Counted from the first letter of the stretch, positions 21,899-31,519 are shown. The stretch is DNA of 38,367 nucleotides from Candidatus Chisholmbacteria bacterium RIFCSPHIGHO2_01_FULL_52_32 (GCA_001816585.1 MHCJ01000002.1:1-38367); one strand, 5' to 3'. The notes: a model not told the origin generated them from the sequence alone. Made by a program: numbers and translations.

Positions 21899-21940
21899 CC
21901 CCTAAACCCTATACCCTAAACCCTAGACCCTAGACCCTCT
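21899..21940. repeat. Telomere-like 7-nt tract CCCTANA x6, spanning the stop of CDS 21916..22824 and the spacer before the next gene
   Basis: ccctaaa ccctata ccctaaa ccctaga ccctaga ccctctc. The sense strand has six GGG runs with 4-nt loops. The last codons of the epimerase (..GEGLGSRV*) come from this tract. Confidence 0.85.
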
Positions 21941-22824
21941 CCCCCTATTCGTCCTTCTCCATACTCCTCACTCCTTACTCCCATGACGTACTCCGCAACC
22001 GCTTCCTTCGCCGTCCGCCTGGGTTTCCACCCGTAACCGCAAAGCTTGTTTATATCCGATAACATCTCTCTGGGATCAGCAGCACTCGCTTTACCCCCGG
22101 CAATCTTAATCACCGATCTCCCTCCCGTTGCCTGTTTCACCCATCCGGCAAGCGTCAAAAGGCGGACCCGCCGCTGTCCCCCGACATTGAAAATGCCTTC
22201 CGGGAGACGCTCAGCGGCCAAGACATTGGCCGCTGCGACATCGTCAACATGAACATAGTCCCGCCGCTGCATGCCGTCCCGGTTAACGCGAATTGGCTTC
22301 CCCGCGAAACCGGCCCGTACCCATTGGGCGAGCGGCCCGGACATCCCACTCTCTTCCCTGATCCCGGCTCCCAACACGGTCGAGCAGCGGAGGATCACAA
22401 CCGGAATTCCCATCCGCTTCCCCACCTCTCTCGCCGCCCGCTCTGCGAAAAACTTACTCTTCCCATAAATGGTCGTCGGGCTGGGCGTCTGGTCCTCGGA
22501 GAACGGCGGCTGTAAACCCAGGTAAACTGCCTGCGACGATCCAAGCACCACCTTGGCAGGCAGCCGACCGGTCTTCACAGCCGTGACAAACAGATTTTCC
22601 GTCCCTTGTGTATTAACCGCAAAATCCGCCTCCGTCTCGGTCCGGATCCCTGCCAAATGTACCACTACCTCTCCTCCGGAAATATTCGCTTCCCAATCGG
22701 ATCGGGAACGCACGTCACCGGCAAAGTCCCTAACTGAGTATCCGCCGGTCCGCAATGCCTCTTCAGTATGCAAGCCGATAAAGCCATGTGCGCCGGTCAG
22801 TAAAACCGAAATGTTCTTTTTCAT
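21916..22824 (-). CDS. NAD-dependent epimerase/dehydratase (extended SDR)
   Basis: Start taken at ATG 22824 (MKKNISVLLTGAHGFIGLH), 1 nt after the upstream TGA. YGKSKFFAE provides YxxxK. Confidence 0.8.
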   Translation of the reverse strand: MKKNISVLLTGAHGFIGLHTEEALRTGGYSVRDFAGDVRSRSDWEANISGGEVVVHLAGIRTETEADFAVNTQGTENLFVTAVKTGRLPAKVVLGSSQAVYLGLQPPFSEDQTPSPTTIYGKSKFFAERAAREVGKRMGIPVVILRCSTVLGAGIREESGMSGPLAQWVRAGFAGKPIRVNRDGMQRRDYVHVDDVAAANVLAAERLPEGIFNVGGQRRVRLLTLAGWVKQATGGRSVIKIAGGKASAADPREMLSDINKLCGYGWKPRRTAKEAVAEYVMGVRSEEYGEGRIGGEGLGSRV

Positions 22825-22825
22825 T

Positions 22826-23905
22826 TCAAAACCCGGATGCCGCAATAATTTTCGGCAAGATCTCTCCCGCTTTCCCGCGGAAAAAGATGTCCCCCTTTTG
22901 CAGGTAATCCATGTTCCGCGAGTGCGGCGCAACGCCGAACACGGGATTAATAGCCACGATCGAAAGCCCTTTCCTCCTTGCCTGTTTGACCACTTCCCGC
23001 CGGTCAACTGAGACCCCGATAACGAGAAGTGAACGCACCTTTGAGCCGAATGTCACCGGAAACCGGTCGGGGAAAATACTTAAGCGGGTTTGAGTATAAG
23101 GGATGCCAACCTTCATCAGGATATCATCCACGTTATCAGTCAGGATCTGAACCACCGCCCCCCGCCGATAAAGATCCGCAAGGACGCGGTGCGAATCGGA
23201 CGGACGGGCTTTAATCGCCTGCGTTGTAAAGTCACCAAACTCCCGAAACGCACTTCCGACATCCCGGACGAGCTTCCCGGGCAACGGATCGCGATCTCCA
23301 AAGATGAGTTCTCCCCGTTTCGGATCGTCAACCGAAAACACCTCATGGATTGCACCCAAGAAAGGCAGCCCGGATTCCGCGGAGAGGCCGGAACCGCAGT
23401 ACACGGCAAACGGAGTCAAACATCTCAAGTCATAGTCGTGGGATTCCGAAACGAGCTTTGGCGGATCAATCTTTAAGCGGGGTTTCCCCAGCAGCCTGCG
23501 TGCCACGGTTCGCAGGTCGTATCCGGTCGACCTCCCAATCTCAATCCGCAACCGACGATACCCCGGGTGCCGGAGGTCCCCGAAAGACCGAACCTTCATC
23601 GGATACCCTCCTAAGTTGCGACTCCCCCCGACCTGATCGTGTAAAGCTGAAATCTGGTCGCGTATAGCCCGACTCTCCAGGAAAAAGTAAGCCCGCCTGA
23701 TGAACAGTTCATCGTTTCGCAGTCCGAAATCAGCGGAAAAATACACCGTCCGTGATTCCGGATATCGCACCCTTCCCACAACTTTGTCCCGCTTCCATCC
23801 CCACAAGACCAGCGGCTTGCCTTCGCACGCAAGCTTTCGTGAGATCGCCCGAAAGAACGCTTGCTCGCCGCGGGTTAACTTCCACGTTTTCTCCAGTTGC
23901 TTCAT
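22826..23905 (-). CDS. Sirtuin-fold (SIR2-like) protein lacking the catalytic-His/zinc module, with an N-terminal domain of about 165 aa of unknown function
   Basis: ..FAVYCGSGLSAESGLPFLG.. corresponds to GAGISxxSGIPxFR. ..VVQILTDNVDDIL.. corresponds to TQNIDxL. ..SLLVIGVSV.. and ..SIVAINPV.. are also present. Only about 30 aa separate TDNVDD from LLVIGVS, and there is no HG motif. Confidence 0.6.
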   Translation of the reverse strand: MKQLEKTWKLTRGEQAFFRAISRKLACEGKPLVLWGWKRDKVVGRVRYPESRTVYFSADFGLRNDELFIRRAYFFLESRAIRDQISALHDQVGGSRNLGGYPMKVRSFGDLRHPGYRRLRIEIGRSTGYDLRTVARRLLGKPRLKIDPPKLVSESHDYDLRCLTPFAVYCGSGLSAESGLPFLGAIHEVFSVDDPKRGELIFGDRDPLPGKLVRDVGSAFREFGDFTTQAIKARPSDSHRVLADLYRRGAVVQILTDNVDDILMKVGIPYTQTRLSIFPDRFPVTFGSKVRSLLVIGVSVDRREVVKQARRKGLSIVAINPVFGVAPHSRNMDYLQKGDIFFRGKAGEILPKIIAASGF

Positions 23906-23947
23906 GATCCCACCTCGACCTATTTAAGAGTTTGATGCCGAAAAATA

Positions 23948-24661
23948 CTACGTGATCCTCCAGTGATAAGTAATCCGACAAAGCTCCCAAAATACCTCAA
24001 TAGAGGAGAGAAACGAGTACGGGATTCTGGTCTGGGGATTATGCTCCCAGATAACCGGAACTTCCAAAGTCCGAGCCCCCAATCGCTTGGCTGCCAACAA
24101 GAACTCGATATCAAAAAGCGCTCCATCGGTCTGAACTTGAGCAAAGGCTCGCTGACCGATCCCCCGCGTAAATAACTTGAACCCGCATTGGGAGTCGGAA
24201 ACCCCACCGAGAACAAGCAACCGAACCAACCACCGGAAGAGCTTCCCCAGTGTCCTACGCACCACCCCCTGATCGCGCCGGATCCTCGCCCCCCTAATTC
24301 TGGAACCAATCACCACATCATATCCAACCTTTGCAGTACTCCACAACTTCTCAAACTCCTCAATAGGGACCGAAAGATCACAATCGGTAAAAAGGATCCA
24401 ATCACCCCGTGCTTCCCTGACCCCGCTTCTCACGGCCGCCCCTTTGCCAAGATTTGTATCATGGGTAACCAGGCGAAACTTGTTAATTAGCTTACCCGCC
24501 TGTTGAGCGATCTTGCCGGTATTGTCGGTTGATCCGTCATCAACCAGAATAATCTCATGCGAAGTACCGCGCTTCAAAAAATACGAATGAACCCGGGAGA
24601 TCGTCTTCCCGATTCTTCTTTCCTCATTGTAGGCAGGGATGACGACGGACAACAAAACCAT
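23948..24661 (-). CDS. Family-2 glycosyltransferase, polyprenyl-phosphate sugar synthase-like (Ppm1/DPM1/CsbB-type catalytic domain)
   Basis: MVLLSVVIPAYNEERRIGKTISRV..HEIILVDDGSTDNT..ILFTDCDLS... 237 aa with no TM segment. Its ATG directly abuts the upstream TAG (24662-24664). Confidence 0.75.
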   Translation of the reverse strand: MVLLSVVIPAYNEERRIGKTISRVHSYFLKRGTSHEIILVDDGSTDNTGKIAQQAGKLINKFRLVTHDTNLGKGAAVRSGVREARGDWILFTDCDLSVPIEEFEKLWSTAKVGYDVVIGSRIRGARIRRDQGVVRRTLGKLFRWLVRLLVLGGVSDSQCGFKLFTRGIGQRAFAQVQTDGALFDIEFLLAAKRLGARTLEVPVIWEHNPQTRIPYSFLSSIEVFWELCRITYHWRIT

Positions 24662-26884
24662 CTATTTCTTTCCGCTTCTCCCTCTGACAAGAAGGTAGCT
24701 TATCGCAACCAAGGCAACCATCAGAGTCCCAAGAGTGATCCTAAGACCCCACCGGAAACTTGCCGGCTCGTAACGAAAGGTCACACGGTGTTCTCCCGCC
24801 GGAACCTTAACCGCCCGGAACGCATAGTTTGCAAGATAGATGTTCGTTTCCTTCCCATCCACAGACGCTTTCCATCCGGGATAATACGTATCGGAGAGAT
24901 ACAGGAATCCATCCCCCGACGCCTGCGTCGCCACCACCACCTCCTGATCCGTGTATTTCTCAAACGCCGCATTTGCGGTAAATGCTCCGTTCGTCCCTCC
25001 TAAAACTTCCTCCTCAACATAGACCTTAAGGTTCGGATCAAAATCCCCCGAAAAGAGATGCTGGCGGATCTTCGCCGGTTCCGCCCGCTCCGCCCTCGGC
25101 ACCAGAAATGCCCGTGGGTACGGTTCGGCAAACTCGTAGACCAATACCGGATCCTGCCCGGTCTCAAACGGAATCTCCCTAACATGAGTAAGGAAAGTGT
25201 TCGTAACCGGTCGGGTGGTCAAAAAGTACCGCACGCCCATCAACCGATTAAGAAACACAAAGGTATCCGTAACCGTAGGAGTGTTCATATCGGCATATAC
25301 AACTCCCTTGAACTGGGTTTCCAGTTCAAGTTCGTTGTAGCGGGCAAGTTTGAGTCCCCCGGCATTGGCAACCGCCACGTTCTTCGGAATTCCATAGATA
25401 AGGTTGGTAAAGTTCGGCAACAGGTTGCGTAAGTTGATGAAGATTTGCGGATCATCCCAAAGTTCAGGCTGGTCAAGGAAGATCTTGGCTGAGGCATAGA
25501 AATACTGCTGATCAATGACCCGCTCTTCGTTTCGCAACCGTTCCCGAAGGAACGCCACCACCTCAGGTTCCGAAAACCATGAATTTGCGTCAACCTCCGG
25601 GTAGAGCTTCTTGACATGATACCGAAGATCCGTAAAGCTCACCAAAGTGGCAACGATGATAATCACCCAGAGAACATAACGTGTTGCTCCCTTCCCCATG
25701 AGCCAATTGAGGAATCGCTCAAACGAAAGCGCCGCCAGCACCGCCAGCGAGAAGTTCACCACAAAGATGATCTTAAAAGGGATTCGAAAGAAGGAAAACG
25801 GCGGTAGCCGGAGAATGTACCCCGTGGTAAATTGGCTGCCGAAGGCAAACAGCATCCCGAAAAATGCCGCCACCCAAAAGAACATCGCCCGGCCACCAAG
25901 CCTGCGCACAATCGGCAGACTCGCCAGAGCCAATGCAAGCCCCAAAAGCCCCATGTAAACGTACTGCTCATCCTTCGGCCAGCCGTTATTGATAAACGCC
26001 TCCATGGTATGGCTCGGGTCAAAGGTGGCAAACGGCCCGATAAAAGTGACGAGATCCGCAATCGGGAAATTATACCGCTCAAGGATTGCGAGGTTGAGCC
26101 CCGAAGATCTGGTGGAATTCTGGGTAAATTCGAGCATGGGGAGAAATTGCCCCGCTCCGATCCCCAATCCGACCAGCCCGTAGACAGCACCATAGGAAAG
26201 GAGCTTCCCGAAGGAGGCCCTGCGCTTCACAATCCACCAGAACAGCCAATACGGGCCCAAGAAAAGCAGGGAATAAAAGGTGATCTGCGGATGTCCGCCG
26301 AGGATCGCCAGTCCCAACAGGATTCCCAAAGTAATAACGAGGGCAATCTCGTTGCTCATCCATCGCTTCTGTCCCGAGCCCGGAGGTGCAAGGAGCCATT
26401 CCAAAACATAGAGTTGTGCTAAAAAAAGATAAAAAGAAATGAGAATATCAAGATGCATGAACTCGTTTGCCGCAAATCCGCTGAAGGAGATAAGTACTGC
26501 CCCGAACAGTGAACCCGCAACAGAAAGACCGATTTTCCGAAGGTAGAGAAAACTAAAACAATAAATAAGAACGTAGCTTACTGCGATCGAGAAGGTAACA
26601 GAGGTAGTCGTCGGCAGCCATGCGGCAAGGATGGTCAAAGGATACAAGGACCCCGCCACACTTGCCAGGAACGGATACCCGCTGCTCGTCTCGGCTGACC
26701 ACAGCGGGAATTCCCCCCGCTTGAGAGACTGGGAAAGAAAGGCCCGGTAAGGGTAATGCAAATCGGTAAGATCATTCGTTCCGACTGTCGGCGTGTAATT
26801 GACCGCGGGCGTTACGATATTGCCCCAGAAAAAGACAACGACCGAGAGAACTCCGATGAAAACGGCGATGGCTGTCTGTTTCAT
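24662..26884 (-). CDS. YfhO-family membrane protein (GT-C-type glycosyltransferase)
   Basis: 740 aa. C-terminal signature: LSDTYYPGWKASVDGKETNIYLANYAFRAVKVPAGEHRVTFRYEP. Confidence 0.8.
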   Translation of the reverse strand: MKQTAIAVFIGVLSVVVFFWGNIVTPAVNYTPTVGTNDLTDLHYPYRAFLSQSLKRGEFPLWSAETSSGYPFLASVAGSLYPLTILAAWLPTTTSVTFSIAVSYVLIYCFSFLYLRKIGLSVAGSLFGAVLISFSGFAANEFMHLDILISFYLFLAQLYVLEWLLAPPGSGQKRWMSNEIALVITLGILLGLAILGGHPQITFYSLLFLGPYWLFWWIVKRRASFGKLLSYGAVYGLVGLGIGAGQFLPMLEFTQNSTRSSGLNLAILERYNFPIADLVTFIGPFATFDPSHTMEAFINNGWPKDEQYVYMGLLGLALALASLPIVRRLGGRAMFFWVAAFFGMLFAFGSQFTTGYILRLPPFSFFRIPFKIIFVVNFSLAVLAALSFERFLNWLMGKGATRYVLWVIIIVATLVSFTDLRYHVKKLYPEVDANSWFSEPEVVAFLRERLRNEERVIDQQYFYASAKIFLDQPELWDDPQIFINLRNLLPNFTNLIYGIPKNVAVANAGGLKLARYNELELETQFKGVVYADMNTPTVTDTFVFLNRLMGVRYFLTTRPVTNTFLTHVREIPFETGQDPVLVYEFAEPYPRAFLVPRAERAEPAKIRQHLFSGDFDPNLKVYVEEEVLGGTNGAFTANAAFEKYTDQEVVVATQASGDGFLYLSDTYYPGWKASVDGKETNIYLANYAFRAVKVPAGEHRVTFRYEPASFRWGLRITLGTLMVALVAISYLLVRGRSGKK

Positions 26885-26901
26885 GTCTCTCTATGTGCTC
26901 T

Positions 26902-26949
26902 TTATTGTTATATTGCTAAATTGTTACATTGTTGAATTGTCAAATGGTT
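26902..26949. repeat. 8-nt periodic tract (NNATTGTT x6) immediately 5' of the yfhO-like start at 26884
   Basis: ttattgtt atattgct aaattgtt acattgtt gaattgtc aaatggtt. A duplicated tatagccat follows further on (26960-27000). Confidence 0.8.
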
Positions 26950-27004
26950 GATCTGATGAACTGCACAGCAGTATAGCCATAGAACAATATAGCCATTAAA
27001 CAAT

Positions 27005-29281
27005 CTATCGCTTGGCAAGGAGCGTATAGGTTAACCCGCATAGTGTTATGAGCAGTGTAACTGCCGAGATGATCAACCCGAGCTTCCAATACGTCGGCTC
27101 AAAACTGAAGACTACCCGATGCTCTCCCGCCGGAACCTTAATCGCCCGAAACGCATAGTTCGCCCGTAGGATTGGCATCGACGTCCCATCCACCGTTGCC
27201 GTCCATCCCGGGTAAAATGTATCTGCCAACACAAGATACCCCTCCGAAGCCGATTGTACTGCGACCTCAAGCGAGTTCTCCCGATCATCAGTGATCGACG
27301 CCGTCCCCGTTCCCGATCCCGTAGAAGGAAGTATCGCCTCCGGGACCTCCAAAACAACCTCCGTCCGCAGATCAAATGCGGGATCCATAATCGCTTCCAA
27401 CGCCTCCTCTCCACCTCTGACAGCCCTGGCGGAGTCAACAAACAACACCCGCGGATACGCCCCGCTGTATTCATAGATGTACGTGGCTCTCGCTGGAACC
27501 GTAACCGTCTGCACCCCACCATCTCCGGACAAATAGGCGTAATGATCAATGGTTTTCGAAAACGGAATCGTTTTGCGAAGCGCAAGGTCCTTATCCTCAA
27601 TCGGCAGATCCGCCAATAAAAATTTCACGCTCTGAAGTCCCAGCGACCGTTTAAACGTAGACGACAGTCGCAACACGCCCTCCTTTGGATCCAATATTGT
27701 TCGTTCTCCGTTCAGCAACTGCTGCCGCGGCAAAAGCAGGGCAAACCACTCCCGGTTTGAAGGTATCCTTGAGAGCAAACTGAAATCCACCGGCATGAGA
27801 TTCTGAAACTCCTTTTGCAGCCCAACATCCCGAACGTACTGGTAATCCAGGTTGTTGGTCCCATGGCTATAGACACGGTAACCGGAATCGCTAAGCTCAC
27901 GGCTCAAAAACTCCGCTGCCTCTGTTGAGGAAAACCACTCCTTCCCCGACGTCGAAAGATTTACTTGCCGCACGTTGTTGTAGAAGAGATCAATAAACAC
28001 AAGGCCGACAGCCAAAGCGCTAAACAATTGAAGCACCTTGCTTCCGCCTTCTGCTCTCCCAATTCTCCGCGCCAGGAAACCCCGTACGTCGTCGAACCCG
28101 AAACCTGCCAGAATCGCCAGACAAAAATCAATAAAGAAAAGGATTTTAACGGGATAACGGAAAAACTTGAGGCCGGGCAATGTCTCCCAGAGAATCCCAA
28201 ACAGCTGTGTCGTCCGGCCTAAACCATACACAATGGATCCGATAAGCAAAATGGCAAACACCACCACGAATCGTTTTTTTAAACCCTTCGCTATTGCCCC
28301 CAACCCAAACAGGAGCGGCAAAAGCCCGACATACCCATATAGTGCCTGGATGTTGACAGTCTGAGACACCAGCGGGTGATACCCGGGTTCACTCCGGAAA
28401 AGATCATAGGCCCGGGGGAAAACAAACAGCCGAAACGTATCCAGTGGCCATGCGGTCGCCGCTGCCGCCTCAAACCCCAATCCCTCCGCCCGCTGCGATA
28501 ACTGGGTCAGCTCAAATGTCGGCAGAAGCTGAACCGCACTCATTCCCATTCCCAAAGCAATTGCGACAGCAAAAAATAATCCTGTCTTCAAAGGCAATGC
28601 CTGCTTCCGGTGCTGCCCCCGCACTTCAGGGAAAAGCACACCGATACTAACGAAGAACACCGCACTGATAAGGACGGTATAGTAGAACATCTCGATATAC
28701 CCGGCGAGGATCTGGAAGACAAACACCAATGCCAGGGAAAACGAAAAGACCGCCTTCCTTGTTGTGACCAAGCGCTCAACCGCCAACAAGACCAGGGGCA
28801 AGTACGCCACCACCAAGATGATGTTGATCTGATGGATGTGAGTCAAGAAAAATCCGGAAAGGCTGTACACCAATCCAGAAATCACGGAGGCAGATTTCGA
28901 CTGAGCGAGCGATATCCGACAGAACAAATAGGTGAAAATCGCGGCGAAGACAAAATGCAAGAAGAGATTGAGATTAAACGCAAGTAAAGTCGGAAGCACT
29001 CGAAACCAGAGAAGGTGAAACGGATACAGCGCTCCTATCTGGAGTTCCGCAAAAACCGGAAAGCCGTTGCCGAGTAAGGAGGTCCAAAACGGCAGCCTTC
29101 CCGAAACCAGCATCTCCCGATACCAATCCTTAAGGGGGTAATTGAAAAGCATGAGGTCGGAGTACACCACGCCCGTGTGTAAGAAAGTCTTACCGGAAAG
29201 TACGGGGAAGAAAACGGCTGTTAGTAGCCCGACCAGAACCACAACAAAAAGCAACTCAGATAAATGTTTCACTTTCATCAT
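27005..29281 (-). CDS. YfhO-family membrane protein (GT-C-type glycosyltransferase)
   Basis: 758 aa. C-terminal signature: LADTFYPGWTATVDGTSMPILRANYAFRAIKVPAGEHRVVFSFEP. Confidence 0.8.
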   Translation of the reverse strand: MMKVKHLSELLFVVVLVGLLTAVFFPVLSGKTFLHTGVVYSDLMLFNYPLKDWYREMLVSGRLPFWTSLLGNGFPVFAELQIGALYPFHLLWFRVLPTLLAFNLNLFLHFVFAAIFTYLFCRISLAQSKSASVISGLVYSLSGFFLTHIHQINIILVVAYLPLVLLAVERLVTTRKAVFSFSLALVFVFQILAGYIEMFYYTVLISAVFFVSIGVLFPEVRGQHRKQALPLKTGLFFAVAIALGMGMSAVQLLPTFELTQLSQRAEGLGFEAAAATAWPLDTFRLFVFPRAYDLFRSEPGYHPLVSQTVNIQALYGYVGLLPLLFGLGAIAKGLKKRFVVVFAILLIGSIVYGLGRTTQLFGILWETLPGLKFFRYPVKILFFIDFCLAILAGFGFDDVRGFLARRIGRAEGGSKVLQLFSALAVGLVFIDLFYNNVRQVNLSTSGKEWFSSTEAAEFLSRELSDSGYRVYSHGTNNLDYQYVRDVGLQKEFQNLMPVDFSLLSRIPSNREWFALLLPRQQLLNGERTILDPKEGVLRLSSTFKRSLGLQSVKFLLADLPIEDKDLALRKTIPFSKTIDHYAYLSGDGGVQTVTVPARATYIYEYSGAYPRVLFVDSARAVRGGEEALEAIMDPAFDLRTEVVLEVPEAILPSTGSGTGTASITDDRENSLEVAVQSASEGYLVLADTFYPGWTATVDGTSMPILRANYAFRAIKVPAGEHRVVFSFEPTYWKLGLIISAVTLLITLCGLTYTLLAKR

Positions 29282-29324
29282 CTATGGTTCTCCATATAAT
29301 AAACTCCCGCTTACCAACAGACAA

Positions 29325-31460
29325 TTACTGCTGGCTTTTTAAAAGTACCCGGTTGTAATACTCCATCGCCTTTGCCTCGTTCCCCATCCGTGCGTACAGA
29401 TTGGAAAGAGACAGGAAAATTTCCCGATGGTAAAATGACGGATCAATCGCAAGCATTCCTTCATATGCCTCAAGAGCACAGGTAGCCAGTTTGTCCCCCT
29501 GCCAATCCTCAATCGCGCCTCCGGTCTCCCGGACGCGGATGGCTTTCCCCTCCTGTTCCGCGCCAAGGCACCACTCCGCCAAGTTCTTCTTCGCCTGAAG
29601 CTCAAACGTCCTGGCTTGGTCGGAATATCCGCCCCTCTCAAGAGCAATCGTGTCTCCCAAAACGTTCTTCCTCTTCATGGAATGTTCTGCCCGCTCGGGA
29701 CGGAGGTACCGCTTGGGATCCGAATAGGAGTAACTGAAATGGTCAAGATCAATCACGGCTTTTGGCTCCTTGACGACCTTCCACAGCGTCCCGTCAGGAA
29801 TCAGGAAAAGCTCCTCAGAAACCGGAATAACATTCCTGGTAATCAAAAAGATGTCATGTTCCCCGATGTTCTTTGCGATAAATTCATCAATTGCCCCAAC
29901 CGCCTCCTCATCCGAAAGCACACCGTTCTTCCCAATTGCGCGGGGCACAACCAACTCAGGATGCTCTGCTGCCAACCGCTCCCGCTTCCAGTTAAAGGTA
30001 AAGCTGTTATCCCACACCAGGACCACATCCTTTCTGAAACCCTCAACCTGCTGGAGATACAAGGGTATCGCCGACTCCTGATCACCGAGCGTAAACAGAA
30101 CACTGCCAGAAGGCAGCTTCCCCAGCAGATTTTCTCCGAACTCCCGCGCCAAAACGTAGTCGTGCCGGTTCAGAAGCCGCCAGTTGACCGCCATCTGCGG
30201 CAGGAGAACCGCAAGTCCCAAAAAACTAGCCAGCCACAACTGACGTTTCCTTCCCGCAACCGCTCTCTCAATTCCCAAACCGATCAAAATACTAAACCAG
30301 ACATAAAAGGGTATCAACCAATAGTTGTACTCCGTCCCCTGCTCATAAACACTCACCAGAAGGTAAAGGAAACCAGCCACTACCGCCCCAAACTCCAACA
30401 CCAACCCATACTTTTCTCCCTGCTTCCGCAATCGGTTCCAACCAACCAGGCCAATGATTATTCCGACTACGAAGAATTCCTGGAAGAACAGCCGGGGAAA
30501 ACTCGTAAGCTTCTGCGCATCAAAGAGTTTCAACGAATCTCTCCCCGCCAGGTAAACCTTTCCGCTGATATGCCCGACAAACGAGCCAAGAGAATCGATA
30601 TTAGTCCACAGGTATTCAGGCTGTGCCGCCGAACGTATGGGTAAATAGAGGTAGGGCAAAACGGCAGCCAGAACAAACACTAGGAGAAACCTCCGCCAAT
30701 CCCTCCAGCCCAATGAGGGGTATGCCCGCCGTCCCCCAACGTGTTGATACTGAAACGGCAACAGCCCGAGCCTTCCCAAAAACCAGAAAAAAGCCGGCAG
30801 GAAAACCACGGCAGACGGATGGTTGGCAAACGACAGCCCCAGTAGTAAAGACAGAAGCAGCATCCTTCGCTTCAGGCTCGCTTCGATGGTCTCAACCTCT
30901 TTCTCGGTACCATACTCGCTGATCACGCTGACTATCCCCCAAAACAGGAATGCCGTGAAGAAGCCGATCAGGCTGTACACCTCTGCGTTGATCGACTGCG
31001 CCCACAATGAATAGCTAAAGCCAAGCGTTAACCCCACCACAACCGGAACCAAGATCGCAGGCACACCATCGCCAACATTTCTCTGACTGCGATCCTGACC
31101 CTTCCCTTGGTTTTCTCTTACTCCACGAATAATCTTCTGCGCTGTCAACCCCACGAGAACCGCAGCCCCGGCCCCCCACAATCCCGAAAACGCACCCACG
31201 AGTTTTGCAAACGGTACGGATTCCCCAAGGATAGTTCCCAGAACCCTGGTCCACACCCACCCCAGTCCCACATACAGCGGAAACCCGGGCGGATAAACGA
31301 TACCCAAGGCTTTGATGCCCGCCAGGAATATCCCGGAGTCCTGCCAATAGACGGTGGCAGGCGACGTCCAAACATACACCCCGTAAACGGGCAAAAAAAT
31401 TGCCACCGCAGTCACCAACGATCTGATCTTCCCCGATTGACCGCCCTCTGTCTTATTCAT
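29325..31460 (-). CDS. DUF2723/TMEM260-like GT-C membrane protein with a C-terminal TPR region
   Basis: Start taken at ATG 31460 (MNKTEGG..); the ORF track begins at an upstream TTG at 31475. ..YVWTSPATVYWQDSGIFLAGIKALGIVYPPGFPLYVGLGW.. is the DUF2723 N-terminal pattern. The C-terminal TPR-like stretch is ..AYEGMLAIDPSFYHREIFLSLSNLYARMGNEAKAMEYYNRVL.. Confidence 0.7.
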   Translation of the reverse strand: MNKTEGGQSGKIRSLVTAVAIFLPVYGVYVWTSPATVYWQDSGIFLAGIKALGIVYPPGFPLYVGLGWVWTRVLGTILGESVPFAKLVGAFSGLWGAGAAVLVGLTAQKIIRGVRENQGKGQDRSQRNVGDGVPAILVPVVVGLTLGFSYSLWAQSINAEVYSLIGFFTAFLFWGIVSVISEYGTEKEVETIEASLKRRMLLLSLLLGLSFANHPSAVVFLPAFFWFLGRLGLLPFQYQHVGGRRAYPSLGWRDWRRFLLVFVLAAVLPYLYLPIRSAAQPEYLWTNIDSLGSFVGHISGKVYLAGRDSLKLFDAQKLTSFPRLFFQEFFVVGIIIGLVGWNRLRKQGEKYGLVLEFGAVVAGFLYLLVSVYEQGTEYNYWLIPFYVWFSILIGLGIERAVAGRKRQLWLASFLGLAVLLPQMAVNWRLLNRHDYVLAREFGENLLGKLPSGSVLFTLGDQESAIPLYLQQVEGFRKDVVLVWDNSFTFNWKRERLAAEHPELVVPRAIGKNGVLSDEEAVGAIDEFIAKNIGEHDIFLITRNVIPVSEELFLIPDGTLWKVVKEPKAVIDLDHFSYSYSDPKRYLRPERAEHSMKRKNVLGDTIALERGGYSDQARTFELQAKKNLAEWCLGAEQEGKAIRVRETGGAIEDWQGDKLATCALEAYEGMLAIDPSFYHREIFLSLSNLYARMGNEAKAMEYYNRVLLKSQQ

Positions 31461-31486
31461 AAATCGTAAATCCAAAATCCTCTCCC

Positions 31487-31514
31487 ACCCTCTACCCTAA
31501 ACCATAGACCCTCT
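31487..31514. repeat. 7-nt periodic ACCCTNN tract in a gene junction
   Basis: accctct accctaa accatag accctct, lying between the stop at 31520 and the next start at 31460. Confidence 0.7.
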
Positions 31515-31519
31515 GTCTG

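Noticed and set aside
21899-21940. TTTAGGG/CCCTAAA-like repeats as genuine telomeric repeats or eukaryotic contamination
   Set aside because: The tracts are only 4-6 imperfect units. They are internal, embedded in tightly packed bacterial-type operons, and one supplies the end of a CDS. They are treated instead as a dispersed low-complexity, G4-type motif.
22826-22828. Recoded genetic code (UGA as sense), as occurs in some candidate phyla
   Set aside because: TGA, TAG and TAA all terminate motif-complete ORFs at sensible lengths, and no long ORF requires read-through.
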